Origin: Lama guanicoe
Taxonomy: Eukaryota
DNA: 64,000 nucleotides
Assembly (NCBI GenBank): GCA_013239625.1
Contig: MU053432.1
Coordinates: 127,940-191,939 of the forward strand
Direction of reading: 5' to 3'
Of this stretch, positions 27,117 to 40,820 are shown piece by piece (position 1 is the first letter of the stretch; each line of letters opens with the position of its first letter). The position numbers and the translations under genes were made by a program. The notes below the pieces were generated by a model, which was given only the letters and a program-made list of their open reading frames with translations, did not search any database and was not told where the DNA came from.

Positions 27117-27399
27117 TTACTTCTAAAGACCCCTCTTTTAAACCAGTGGTTTTCAAACTTTCATGTGCATTAAAATCACCTCCCTGCTCGTGGAAGGTAT
27201 ATTGTCATAGTTGCCAGTGAGTGATTGCAGTGTCTCCTCCACTGCCAAGGACAGCTGGGGGCTCACTGCACCACCACTGTGGTAGAGGGACCTTTGCAGA
27301 ATTAGCCAGCAGGAGTCAGGGCACGGGGACTGTATCTATCCGGAGGTCACAACCTAGTTATCCTCTCCCCAGGTCCAGGCAGGAGGGGGTCTTGTTGTT

Positions 27400-28350
27400 T
27401 TAAATCAGCTTTCCTGAGGCATGATTCACACACAGTAAACTGTACTGATTTAAAATGTACAATTTAATGAATTTTCTCAAGGGTATGCAGTCATGTAAGG
27501 ACCACCACAATTGTATAGCATTATATATCATCCCTCCAAAATTCATCCAGGCTCCTTTGTGTCAATCCCCCAGCTTCCGACCACCACCTGTCTATTTATA
27601 TCCTTATAATTTCATCTTTCCGAAAAGTCATGGAATAGGCAGTGTGCAGCCTTTGTTTTCTGGTTTCTTTCTCTAGCATAATGCTTTTGGGATTCATCCA
27701 TTTGGTTACCTATATTGATAGTTAATTCCTTTTCAATTTTGAGTTGTATTCCATTTTGCAGAAGTTCCACATTGCTTCATCTACTCACCAGTTGAGAGAC
27801 ACTGGGTCATTTCCAGTTTGAGACGGTATAAATAAAGCTGCTATAAATATTCCCACACAAGTCTTTCAGTAAAAACATTTTTATTTCTCGTGGTTTAATA
27901 CTTTGAAATTTGATTGCTGGGTCATATGGCAAGAGTATGTTTAAACCTTATAAAAATCTACCAAACTATTTTCCCTACTGGCTCTATCATTTGACATTCC
28001 CACCAGTAGTGTGATATTTCTATTGCTCTACATTCCTGCCAACACTTGGTATTGTCAGGTTTTTTTTAAGTCACTTGAATAGGTCGGTGTACAGTGATAG
28101 CTCATTGTGGCTTTAATTTGTATATTCTTAGTTACTAATGGTGTTGAGCATCCTTTTATGTGCTTATTTGTCATCTGTACCTTGTCGAATGTGAAGTATC
28201 AGTTGAAATCTTTTGTCCATGTCCTGTTTAGGTGGTTTATGTATTCTGGAGACAAGCCTTTATCAGATCTGTATCTTGCAAATACTTTCTCCTAGTCCAT
28301 AGCTTCTCTTTTCATTTTTTTGAGCACTGTCTTCTAAAGAGCAAAAAATA
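27400..28350 (-). mobile_element. Old L1M 3' region
   Basis: Degenerate L1 antisense motifs (cattcccaccag, ctcattgtggctttaatttgta). Confidence 0.75.
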
Positions 28351-28489
28351 CTTTAAGTGGTCACCTCTGAGATGTGGATGGGGTTAACTCAGGAAGACCC
28401 TGCCAACCACGGGACTTTCTTTTCTGAAGGAATCATGATCTCAGGGGTCAGGAGGAGAATTCGCGTCAGGGTTTCAGGAAGACATTTAG

Positions 28490-28884
28490 AATTGGTATCA
28501 CTTTACCAAATACCACAGACTCAGGGGCTTAACAACAGAAATTTCCTTCTGAAAGTTCCGCAAGCTGGAAGTCCAAGATCAAGGTGCCTGCTGGATTGGT
28601 TTCTTCTGATGCGTCCCTCCTTGGGCTGTAGATGGGCACCTTCGCACTGTGTCCTCACATGCTTTTTCCCTCTGGGCACATACATCCCTGGTGTCTCTTC
28701 ATTTGTCCAAGTTTCCTCTTCTTATAAGGATACCAGTCAGAATAGATTAGGGCCCACCCCAGTGGGCTCAATTCTACTTAACCACTTTTAAAGGTCCTAT
28801 CTGCAAATACAGTCACATTCTGAGGTAGTAGGTTTTGGGGCTTCAGCATATGAATTTTAGGGGCTAAAATTCAACCCATAACAG
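28490..28884 (-). mobile_element. MaLR MLT1-like LTR
   Basis: aaataccacagact..gctggaagtccaagatcaaggtgcc..attcaacccataaca. Confidence 0.8.
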
Positions 28885-29112
28885 AATTATATGCTTATGT
28901 ATGTGGGAAGAGCCTACAAGGTCCTCAGGAGTTAAAGAATCCATTGACTTTGGTACAATAACTAATTTTCCTGTTTTCGTTCTTGCCCCCACAAAACTAT
29001 TTTCAAAACAGCATCCAAAAAATTAAAAAACAAAGCAAAACAAAACAAAAAACCCCAAGCATCCGTAATTACTCCTAAAACGTCAAATTGTGTCACTGTT
29101 CTAATGGCTTCC

Positions 29113-31510
29113 TGTGGTAGGCTGATTAGAGGTCCCCAAAGATGTCACATCCTAGTTCTCAGAACCTGCGAGTATATTACCTTACATGGTAAAAAAAAAA
29201 AAATTGTTGCAGATGTGATTAAGTTCAGAGTCTTGCGATGGAGAGTTTATCTTGGATTATCCAGGTGGACCCAATGTAATTGTAAGTGTTCATATAAGAG
29301 GGAGGCAGGAGTGTCAGAGTCAGAGAAGGAAATGACATCAACGAAGCAAAGTTTGGAGTGCTGTAGCCACAAGCAAAGAAAAGCCAGCAGTGATAGCAGG
29401 TTACAAAATTAATGTTCAAAAATCAGTTGCATTTCTTTACACTAACGATAAATCAACAGAAAAAGAAAGTAAAGAAACAATCCCCTTTAAAATAGCACCC
29501 AAAGTAATAAAATATCTGGGAATAAATCTAACCAAGGAGGCGAAAGAATTATACACAGAAAACTATAAACCATTGATGAAGGAAATTAAAGAAGACTTTA
29601 AAAAATGGAAAGATATTCCATGCTCTTGGATTGGAAGAATCAATATTGTTAAAATGGTCACACTGCCCAAGGCAATCTACAGATTTAATGCAATCCCTAT
29701 CCAATTACCCAGGACATATTTCACAGAACTAGAACAAATCATAATAAAATTTATATGGAACCATCAAAGACCTAGAATTGCTAAAGCATTACTGAAGAGA
29801 AAGAAAGAGGCTGGAGGAATAACTCTCCCAGACTTCAGACAATACTATAGAGCTACAGTCATCAAGACAGCATGGTATTGGTACCAAAACAGACATATAG
29901 ACCAATGGAACAGAATAGAGAGCCCAGAAATGAACCCACAAACTTTTGGTCAACTCATCTTCGACAAAGGAGGCAAGAATATACAATGGAATAAAGACAG
30001 TCTCTTCAGCAAATGGTGTTGGGAAAACTGGACAGCAGCATGTAAAACAATGAAGCTAGAACACACCCTTACACCATATACAAAAATCAACTCAAAATGG
30101 ATTAAAGACTTAAACATAAGACAAGATACAATAAACCTCCTAGAGGAAAACATAGGCAAAACATTATCTGACATACATTTCAAAAATTTTCTCCTAGAAG
30201 AAATAAAAGCAAGAATAAACAAATGGGACCTAATGAAACTTACAAGCTTCTGCAGAGCAAAGGAAACCAGAAATAAAACAAGAAGAAAACCTACGGAATG
30301 GGAGAAAATTTTTGCAAGTGAAACCGACAAAGGCTTGATCTCCAAAATATATAAGCAGCTCATACGACTCAATAAGAAAAAAATAAACAACCCAATCCAA
30401 AAATGGGCAGAAGACCTAAACAAGCAATTCTCCAAGGAAGACATACAAATGATCAAAAAGCACATGAAAAAATGCTCAATATCACTAATTATCAGAGAAA
30501 TGCAAATCAAAACTACAATGAGGTATCACCTCACACCAGTCAGAATGGCCGTCATTCAAAAATCCAAAAATGACAAATGCTGGAGAGGCTGTGGAGAAAG
30601 GGGAACCCTCCTACACTGCTGGTGGGAATGCAGTTTGGTGCAGCCACTATGGAAAACAGTGTGGAGATTCCTCAAAAGACTAGGAATAGACTTACCATAT
30701 GACCCAGGAATCCCACTCCTGGGCTTGTATCCAGAAGGAAATCTACTTCAGGATGACACCTGCACTCCAATGTTCATAGCAGCACTATTTACAATAGCCA
30801 AAACATGGAAACAGCCTAAATGTCCATCAACAGGTGACTGGATAAAGAAGATGTGGTATATTTATACAATGGAATACTACTCAGCCATAAAAACCGACAA
30901 CATAACGCCATTTGCAGCAACATGGATGCTCCTAGAGAATGTCATTCTAAGTGAAGTAAGCCAGAAAGAGAAAGAAAAATACCATATGAGATCGCTCATA
31001 TGTGGAATCTAAAGACTCATGGACAGAGAATACAGACTTGTGGTTACCAGGGGGGTAGAGGGTGGGAAGGGATAGACTGGGATTTCAAAATTGTAGAATA
31101 GATAAACAAGATTACACTGTATAGCACAGGGAAATATACACAAAATGTTATGATAAGTCACAGAGAAAAAAATGTGACAATGAGTGTGTATATGTCCATG
31201 AATGACTGAAAAATTGTGCTGAACACTGGAATTTGACACAACATTGTAAAATGATTATAAATCAATAAAAAATGTTAAAAAAAAAAAAAGAAAGAAAGAA
31301 AAGCCAGCAGCCTCTAGAAGCTGGAAGTGACAAGGAACAGATGGTCCCCTGGAGTCTCCAGAAGGAACCAGCCCTGCCAACTCCTTGATTCCAATCTTAA
31401 GACTCATTTCAGACTTCTGACATCCAGAACTGTCAGAGGATACATTTGTGTTGGTTTAATCCACTACATTTGTACTAATTTGTCACAACAGCAATAAGAA
31501 AACCAAAACA
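29113..31510 (+). mobile_element. MaLR (MLT1-like) solo LTR split by the young L1; pieces ~29113-29390 and ~31311-31510
   Basis: tgtggtaggctg..ccccaaagatgtcacatcct start and gacttctgacatccagaactgt..tttgtcacaacagcaata end, resembling MLT1 consensus from memory. Confidence 0.8.
29391..31294 (+). mobile_element. Young 5'-truncated LINE-1 (3' part of ORF2, 3'UTR, poly(A))
   Basis: 540-codon open frame 29390-31012 with typical L1 ORF2 C-terminal sequence ([25 protein letters not shown]); poly(A) ~31277-31294; 16-bp TSD aaagaaaagccagcag at 29375-29390 and 31295-31310. Confidence 0.98.
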
Positions 31511-32159
31511 TTTCCTATATCACACTGTAAAAGCCGAAGTTCTCACAATGGCTGTAAGACTCTCCATGACATGCCCCCTGTTACCTCTCTGATCACATCT
31601 CCTGCAGCTTTCCCCTTTTGCTCACACTGCTGTAGTCACACTCACCTCCTTGCTGCCCTGCCTCAGGACCTTTGCACCTGCTGTCTCCTTGCTGCCTGAA
31701 ATTATCTTTCCCCAGAAAGCAAATGACTAGCGGGCTAGATCTCTAAATCTTTCCAGTTACAAATGATCTTGTTAGGGACACCAAATGTTCACTGCGAACA
31801 CATTATCTATTTCAGACCCATTCCTGGCATCTTTTTATCTTGATCTCTCCAACAGTTTGGCTCAAAGAGTCAGACTCTTCTCTTGAATTCTTGCACTACT
31901 GACATGCACAGGATTCAGGGCTCATTACAGAATATACACTGGCTGCCCTTTGACATCTATGGTTTGGTGATTGAAGCCTTTAGTTCTGCACAATTTTACT
32001 TTATATCAAAGGTTTGTTTTCTCAGGTACAGTTTAAAGTTTTTGAAGGCTGGACCACCTATCACATGGAGTAAGAGTCAAATGCTAATTTAGGAAGTGAA
32101 CTAACTTTTGAACCTAGTCTCTTTACTTCATTTAATCCTTACAGCATTAAATGATTCTT

Positions 32160-32309
32160 TTTTAAAAATCATTTTGTTTTGAATAGGGAGGTAACTAGGT
32201 TTATTTATTTTTAATTTATTATCATTTTTCAATGGAGGTACTGGGGATTGAACCCAGGACCTTGTGCATGCTAAGCGCATACTCTCCCACTGAGCTATAC
32301 CCTTCCCCC
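32160..32309 (-). mobile_element. tRNA-Ala-derived SINE (Vic-1-like)
   Basis: ggaggtactggggattgaacccaggaccttgtgcatgctaagc..ctgagctatacc. Confidence 0.9.
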
Positions 32310-32888
32310 ATCAGATGACTCTTTTAATGAGACTTAAGCTATGAAAACTTAATGTTAAACTAGAACAGGATAATTGAAGTATTCAAGGATGAACTGTTAA
32401 GATGCCTGTGATATAGTTAAAAAAAAAAAAAAGAAACCAGAGGGCCATATAAACAAGAACAGCAAAAGCTGATATTGTTAAAGCTGGGTCCTGGATTCAG
32501 AGGGGTTCATTGTTCAATTCTCTCCACTTTTTAAGAGTGTTTTTAAATTTCCCAATAAAAAGTTCAAAAAGAAAAGGTCAGAATGGAATAAATCCTATAG
32601 ACAATTAAGAGACAAGATATTTGGAGAATTCCACCCATCCTCCTTTCAAAAGGTAAAAGGAATTACTTAAAAGTCCCACATCCACATATAGATTTGCCTT
32701 TTCCCACATCCTCTGGTCCAGCTCAGTTGTTCATTTTTGGGGAGAAGCAGGAGATGATAAGATGTATATAATATAAAAGATAATTTTTAAGTGTACAATT
32801 CAGTGGCATTCATTACATTCGCAAAGTTGTACCACCATCATTAGTGGCTCTTAAATGTTCAATGTTTGTGTGCAAATAAATTACTAAG

Positions 32889-33411
32889 TGTGGCATCAAT
32901 TGGTGCCTGCGGAGGTCCTGCAGCCCCCAAACTTCCAGCCCTTTGGCATCTGCCTGCTCCTCTGCAGGATATAAACTCCTGATGGCTCTTTGCCTTTACA
33001 CAATCAGCAACCCTGAGAAATGGCTAGTCTCACCATAGGTCAGGTAGACTTGTCACAGCCCACATCTTCCCTTATTGGAGTCATAAATTTCACTGCCTTG
33101 CTTGTGTCAGCCCATGTCTCCAACTTACTGGAGTCATAAATCCACTATCTTCCCATATACCAAAGCCCCTTGCCTCACTTATAGCCAATCAGAAGTCTGT
33201 TCCCCCATCCCTTTGTGTTCATAGCCTCTTCCTCAATAAAACACCCTACATGTTCACACTTGGTGGACACATAGGGACCTCTTGCCTGCGTGGCCCACTG
33301 TTGTCTGTAGCAGTGAACGTATTAAACTGTCCTTTGTTCTTGAACTTCTCCCTTTCTGGTAAATTCTTCCTACCAACCCGCATCACCGGCCCCACCAAGT
33401 GCCCCCCAACA
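32889..33411 (+). mobile_element. Solo LTR, ERVL-like (MER54/73/74-type)
   Basis: TG..CA termini, exact 5-bp TSD ctaag (32884-32888 and 33412-33416), CCAAT at ~33185, AATAAAA at ~33235. Confidence 0.8.
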
Positions 33412-33600
33412 CTAAGCAGAGTGGGACACGCTCATCCTGAACATTGGACTTCATGGGCAGATGCCGGCCTTTGAAAAGAATTTGGACAACAGGGAAGCTT
33501 TACTCTAAGCACCTGCATTATTCATCCCCTTCCATTAGACTCCGCTCCTCCATTTCTCCCAGAGCGTCTAGCTGTGAGCTGAGGCCTTGAGCTCACCGCC

Positions 33601-33605
33601 CACAC

Positions 33606-33645
<40 letters not shown>
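33601..33645. repeat. (CA)n microsatellite
   Basis: Directly visible. Confidence 0.95.
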
Positions 33646-33646
<1 letters not shown>

Positions 33647-34832
33647 CCTACTCACACTTCTGGGAGGGAGGGGAGGATGCAGTGGAAATCGCATTATTCA
33701 CTTTGCCTAACAGGCTCTGCCCTCCCAGGGCTTGTCCCCACTGCCCCCTCACTCTCAGCAAGTTCAATCTCAGCCCACATTGTTCTCCAAACAACAGCCT
33801 CCCCAATCCATAGACAGAAAGTCCTGGCTTCATAGAGCTTTTTAAGTCACCTGGTAACTGTGTGGCTTTGGAGCTGGGTGAGGTTTGAGCCAAGCGCAAC
33901 TTGCAAATCTTTCGGTCTGTGTGAATCAGTGAGGGACTAAAAGCTTCTGGACCTACTGAGTCATATTGCCAGAGGGGGGGCGGGAGGATTTTTAAAAGGG
34001 GGTGGAGTTTGGTGAGCCAGGGTCACGATGAGCTTAGAGTTAGTCAGGGGCTGGATCACTCAGGGTCTTGGAGGCCAGAAGAAAGAGTCTGGATTGTATG
34101 CTGCTCTAATTTCCTCTTTAATGAGCTACAAGGTGGGGAGATACTCTACCCTACCAGCTTGCAAGGCTTTCAGCAAAGCTGCTCTGCAGGTGCCCATTGT
34201 TATATTAATAATAAAAGCAGTAATAATGACAAAACTAACTAACGATCTGTTTTGTTTTGCTTTGTTTCAGCCATGAGGCTAAGTGCATTCTCCACCACAT
34301 TATAGAACACGTGCTCAGGAATGATTGTTTTCAGCCTTTATTGATTGTATCTTGGCCTTTGGGGCTGCAGCCAGAAGACAGTAAAGGTCAGGGGCTCTGA
34401 GCAGTATTCATGGATTCGGCACCTGTGCCTTAGAGCCACCTCCAGGGCCAGGGTTGGCAGGAACAACCTGGCAGATTGGAGGAAACTTTCAAGCAAGTTA
34501 ATTCTGGCCTATTTAGCCCCAATCCCACCGCCTTGATTTTATGGATTTTAAACGTATCGACATGAAACCACTTGGGGAGGTGTAGCTGAATGCCCTCCTG
34601 TCACTGAGAATTGAAAGGAATGTATTGAAAGTGGCTCTTCTTTTCTATGCTGCTGATCGAATGTCATCTTTTACCGAAAGCTCTTAACAGCCCCATTTCT
34701 AAATGTTGTTAGAAAGCATGACCCAAGATCAGCCCCTCTAGAATCAACATTGTCATTTATATTTCATGCTTGTAACATTTAGTTGTCTCACTTTCAACAA
34801 CTTTATTCAATAACGTCTATCATTCAGTTACT

Positions 34833-35010
34833 CAGTGGTTCTCAACCCAGGGCAATGTCCGGGGGGCATTTCTGGTTGTCACAACTGGGCAAGGAGAGCT
34901 ACTGACATCCATTGGATAGACGCCAGGAAAGCCACTAACATCCTATAATTCACAGGCCAGCCCCCACAACAAAGAAGTGTCTGACCCAAAATGTAGAGTG
35001 CCAAAGCATT
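34833..35010. mobile_element. MER20-like MITE (similar copy at ~52480-52670)
   Basis: cagtggttctcaacc..tggttgtcacaactggg..gcccccacaacaaag. Confidence 0.7.
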
Positions 35011-35778
35011 TTAAGATGACTGGATTTTATAAGGTTCAACAGGAGGTTATATTGCTTAACATTGTAAGTTCCCTGAGTTCTTTGCTGATGAATTTTTATG
35101 GCCCTATTGGATAATTGGTTACAACTCTCTGAAACTTTTCCAGACAAAAATATTTTCCAGTCATGCTTTTGTGTAAAGAATGTTGAGATTTCCACCACCC
35201 ACATGTTAGAGCTTGTATCAAACATACCCAGAGTGGTTTTCAGAGGGAAATCTTGGCCCTCCACGCACATCAGGCATGTGACCTCAGTCAGCACCCTTAA
35301 TCATCATTACTATCAACACTCAAGTTCTTGCCCAAGAACATGACTGTGGCAGGGCAGCTGGCAACCCAACAGATCTGCACTCCCTTCTAACGAGCATTTT
35401 TAACAGACAGTGGCCAGCTGCTGCCTCCTCAGCACCCCCCCAGCCACCCCTCTACATCCACATGTGGCCTGGGTGTATATGCCATTTCTGAACCGATATG
35501 ATTGACAAGAGCCCCACTGTCACCTCGTCTTCCCCATCTGCTGACTGTGAGTGGAGCCGGAACGTGGGTGAAGCCCAGGTGGCTGAGTCACCCTTTGGAG
35601 GGAGGGGAGCCGTTCACCTGTTTGGACTCTACATGAGCAGAAATACACTCATGGTCAGCCGCTGAGATTTTGAGGTTTGTCTGGAATGGTAGTTTAGTAG
35701 CTAGTGTTACCCCAACCCCTCACCTCCTGCTTTCTTAATCAGTTAGAAAAACTGCTCCTTATGAAGGATCATCTGAAG

Positions 35779-36125
35779 CAGAGGTCAGCAAACCATGGCA
35801 CATGGGCCAAATCAGCTGGCTCCCTGTTTTTGTTTGGCTACAGTCCACAAGCTAAGAATGGATCTCACACATCTAAATGGTTGGCGGGGGTGAGGGGCCG
35901 GGAAACCTCTAAATAATAATTCTATCTTTTGACATATGGAAATTACAAGAAATGCAAATTTTGGTGTCCACTAATAAAGTTTTCTGAGAAGCCACTTGTT
36001 CACAGATTCTCTGTGGCTGCTTTTTCCCTACAACAGTGTTGAGTAATTGTAACAGAGGCCTAATGGCCTTAAAATCGGAAATACTGACTATCTGGACCTT
36101 TACAGAAAATTTGTCTTCCTCTGGC
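35779..36125. mobile_element. hAT-Charlie MER58-like MITE
   Basis: cagaggtcagcaaac..tgggccaaatc start and ctatctggacctttacagaaaa..tttg end. Confidence 0.75.
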
Positions 36126-39100
36126 TTGAAAGATATGCAAATCATCTATTCATTTAGAAATAATGTTTAGAGGTTGTCTCCTGCCCCTATTCTGGGTAGG
36201 ACCAAGAGAGCCTGGAGTTCATGGTAGGTCTACTTTCTTTTAACACTTTGTAGTACAGCTTTCATTGAATAGTTCCAAGGCACCATTACAGGACGATTTT
36301 TGAGGACTCCAGGAGATACTTCTCTTAGGTCTTGGGACCCAGAAAAATCTGTGCCACTTCTGTTGTGACAACCTCACAACCTCTGTGTGTATGCCTCATG
36401 TCTTGTTTGGTCTCCTGGTTTCCCTGGAAAAGGCCCCACCCCAGTCAGGCCCTAGAGCCCTGAGGCTGAGTCCACGTGACCACTGCTGGGTTCATGGAAT
36501 CCATACCTACCTGTCTAGTTGTTACCGGCCTACCAGCATATCCATCTCTTTCAAGCTCTTTGGACCTTCTTGATGCTCATTTACCTCCAACCTGACCTTC
36601 TCATCACCAGCGGTGTGATTTTTCCCTGCCGGGGCCACCTTCTTTTCCTCAGTCTATCCAGGGTGCTGGTCCTGGCCAAGCTTGTTTCATCCTTCTGCCA
36701 ATAAATGCCATGTTGTGTCTGCGTAAAACTGAGCTTTGAAGAATGCCCACACCTAGAAGCAAGGGAAGGGCAAGAAGATATTTGGGGCCAGCCTGTGTTG
36801 AGAGCCTCGCTAGGTACCCCTGCGGCACCTTCACAGCACCATGAAATCATTTTGATTTTGGCCTATAACCCTGTCCTTCAGTGTCTCCCCAGTGCCCAGT
36901 ACAGAGTGTGGCTGCATACATGGATTCAATCAATATTTGTTGAATAAATAAAGGAAAAACTGGAAAGTCAGGAAGGACCTAGAGAGAATTGACTTACTTA
37001 AGTCAAGGAAGACAAGTTTTAAGAAAGAATTAGGAATCTTATGGTTTGCTCCTCACCCGTTGCAGCACTGGTGTGGCAGTTGGTAGGTGACGGTCACCCA
37101 AGAGAGGCAAGATAAGTGCCTGTCCATTCTTGATGCTAAAATGCACTCTTGACGTTATGCTGCCTAAGAGGGTTTCAGTGATGGCTATTTTTTCTTGTGC
37201 TACAAGATGCTGCATAATGAGGTAAGTGCCAGAAACACTGCCATAGAGGCCTGGGACTAATTGGATAACATACTCTTGGTGTATTCTGTGCAAATTATCT
37301 GAGTATCCTTGACGTTTACCTCTAATTCAGTGACTCACAGTCCTGATGTGACTGCTCTCAAGGTGTCTCTAAATAGCTCAAGTATCAGCAGACTCTCCAA
37401 ATGATGTGAATTTACCTTCATCTGAATACAGAGTCCCAGGGCCCACCCCCAGGCATATGTAATAGAAATTCTTGGAGTTGGGCCTCGAAACCTGCATTTC
37501 TTCACAAAGCTTCTCAGACAGCTCTGATCTAGCACTTTGGAATCATTGCTCTATTCCATGTCCTCCCATTTTTCCGAACGAGCAAACGAGCCAGGAGAAT
37601 GTGACTTAGCATTGTCACATTGTGCCAGGATTGGGGCCAGGATCCTGGCCTCCTGACTCCAGCTCCAGGACTCTCTCTACCATTCTGCTCTGCCTCAAGG
37701 TGCCAGACCCTTGAGCCTGACTTCTAGGGAACTGAGCGAGGCTTACCCACAGCAATCCTGCTCTGCCCGGCCTTGTTCCTAAATGCCAGGCAGCCTGTGG
37801 GGGCAGGGAAAGGGGCCGGCAGTGGGTGTGATGTAATGTGATCTCTCTGAGAGGCTTCTGCAGCCACAGTGGCAGAGCTGTGAGTCTGGTGAGAACCACT
37901 GTCCCACTGGTCTGCTGGGAGCCCTGCCTCCCCATCCCACCCCCACCTCCAGCTGTGTTGGGCTACTATCAACCTCTCCCCACCCCATCTGCCAACAATT
38001 CCCCCTTCATTCTGTAGCTCCCCAGAGGTGAGGCGAAGAGGAGAGACGGTTATGCACATGTCTCCTTAGAATAAATGGCTACAAAGAAAGGAACCTAGGG
38101 GTTGTGAGAGGAACGGCTGCCTGGGCCATTGCCATAGCAACGCCTCCATCCTGCCCTAGCAGCTACGTGCTGCCTGGCACGTGCACTGTGTCAGGTCCCT
38201 GAGGGCACTGCTGTCTCTCACTCGCTCATGGTTCAGGAGTGAGTTTTTAATCCTGGTATTCAAATAATAATATCCAAAGGCATCCGTGGGACCTTGAACC
38301 AGCTGGAGCTGAAAGCACTGTCCGTGGGCCGTCTCTGGAGTGTCCGGGACTCGGGCACCGCTCTCTTCCTCCTTCCGCAGGGCTGGCATGCGGTGGCTGT
38401 TTAAGTACTGTTGCATGAATGGCTGAACAAATGAGAATTTCTCTGAGGCTCGGTAAATTCTTCTGGAGGTGAGAGAAAAACCACAGTAGAGTAAGATAGG
38501 CCCCCTCCAGTTAGGGGAGACACACAGTGATCTCCAAGTTACTTCTAAGAGCCTCCCCTCTTCACGCCTTGCAAACTGCGTGCCTGCCGGCCCCTCTGGG
38601 CTGCAAGCCGCCACTGCTGAGGAGTCAGTAACAAAGTGTCTCCCCTGCCTGGGGCATGTGACCTCCTTCCTCTGCAGAATCATCCTCCCATACCTCTCCC
38701 ACAAAACACAGACACACAGACACCCCCCCACACACACACACACTTTGGGAGAAAATCACACACTTTGTGTGAAATCTCCGTGATGAACATGTTTATAGGG
38801 AGAGAGAAGATGCTTGGACACCTGCGAAGGATTTGCCATCGTCATCAGAGCCCAGAGCACATTTAAAAACAGAGATCTTCAATATTCTTCAAGGGTGGCT
38901 TTTGAATTTGGAAATACCAAACAAGACTGGTGAACAAATTAGGTAAATAAACCAGATCATACCATTGGGGATAAAAGACTCCTTACACTTAAATAAATTG
39001 AGAGGCTTGGATTTTGTTTGTGTTTGTTTTTGTTTTTGTTTTTGCAGGGTCAGTGAGTCATTCGGGAAACATTCTGTGGGTGTGTTCCATGATCATTTCA

Positions 39101-39436
39101 GGGCCTGGGGACCCGGAGAAGTGGGGACCTGGGGTGGGATAGGATCTAAGGGTGAGAAGGGAGTCTCAGTCCCTGGGGAGACAAACAGGACAGAGCTGCA
39201 CGCCGCCCCTGCACTGGGCCTCAGACCCCATCCAGTGCGACACCTCCAATCCACCAGCCCCTCCCTCTCTCTGGCCCCCTGCCCAGTGACAAAGGTTTGC
39301 CGAAAACGCCTAGAGGAAATTCAGCGGCACAGGCAGCCCATCACTGCAGGTTTTATGAGGCCCTCAACGCTGCCCATTGTTATCTTCTGAGCCTCCTTAA
39401 TGGCTCACTTGCTTTCACAAGCTGTTTTGAATTTTT

Positions 39437-39607
39437 TAAAATATATTTTACTTATTTATTATTGTATGATTTAATTATTTTATTTTGGCAGTGGAGGGGG
39501 CAGGTATTTAGGTTCTTTTTTTTTTCTAGAGGAGGTACTGGGGATTGAACCCAGGATCTCATGCATGCGAGCATGCACTCTACCCCTTGAGCTATGCCCT
39601 TCCCCCT
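39437..39607 (-). mobile_element. tRNA-Ala-derived SINE (Vic-1-like)
   Basis: Same consensus. Confidence 0.9.
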
Positions 39608-40145
39608 CCGGCTGTGAATTTTAACCACTCTCCTCATGCCCCTGGGCCACCATCTCCTCCCTCACGAGGCACAGATAACTCATCTCATATCTTCCAGAGA
39701 AAATAGAGATTCTGAGACTGGAGCTCCCTCAACCCCACCCCCATACACCCATTTTCATCTTTCTAGGGACCAATCAGCCCCTTACCTCTTCCAGCTCAGG
39801 GAAGGAGGCGGGTCTGCTCTTGTCCAAATCTAAGGCCTCCTGTGTGATCCTGAGTTCACTCCCCAGGTAACTGGCCCCAGGAGCCTCTTCCTTTCTAGCA
39901 ATGTTATCCCCACATCACAGGAACATACCAAGGCTCGCCCAGCAGTTTAAAAGCAGCCAGACCCGCAACAACAAACCCTTGACACTTTGTCTCTTCCAGG
40001 CACTGTTTTATACCACGCTTTTCCTCTCCAGTGGAAGTTTATTTCAAGAAGAAAGAATTCTTTTGGAAAGGTTAAACATTCTTAGGGTTTTTTTTTAAAT
40101 CAGTATTTTAAGTTAAAAAAAATTTTTTTCCTTAGCCAAGAAACT

Positions 40146-40820
40146 GTTTTTTTAATTGAAGTATAGTCAGTTCACCATGTGCCTATTTCTTGTGTACAGC
40201 ACAGTGTCCCAGTCACACATATGCATACATGTTTGTCTTCATATTATTTTTCATTGAAGGTTATTGCAAGATATTGACTATAGTTCCTTGTGCTCTACAG
40301 TAGAAATTTGTTTCTTATCTATTTTTATACAGAGTGGTTATCATTTGCAAATCTCTAACTCCCAGATTTATCCCTTCCCGTTCCCTTCCCCCTCCATAAC
40401 CATAAGATTGTTTACTAAGGCTGCAAGTCTGTTTCTGTTTTGTAGATGAGTTCATTAGTGTCCCTTTTTTCTTTTTCTTTGTTTTTTTTTTAATTCCACA
40501 CATGAGTGATATCATATGGTATTTTTCTTTCGCTTTCTGGCTTACTTCACTTAGACTGATGATCTCCAGGTTCATCCATGTTGCTGCAAATGGCATTATT
40601 TCATTCTTTTTTATCACTGAGTAGTATTCCATTGTATAAATATACCACCACTTCTTTATCCAGTCATCTGTTGATGGACATTTAGGTTGCTTCCATGTCT
40701 TGGCTATTGTAAATAGTGCTGCTATGAACATTGGGGTGCACATATCTTTTCAAATTAGAGTTCCTTCTGCATAAATGCCCTGCAAGCCCACTCCTGGGCA
40801 CATGTCTGGAGGGAACTCCA
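40146..40820 (-). mobile_element. LINE-1 3' end with a short inverted 5' piece
   Basis: ORF 40315-40743 ([23 protein letters not shown]) followed by 3'UTR and poly(T). Confidence 0.93.

Noticed and set aside
38156..38743. 195-aa minus-strand ORF
   Set aside because: Starts in a (TG)n repeat and shows no recognisable homology.
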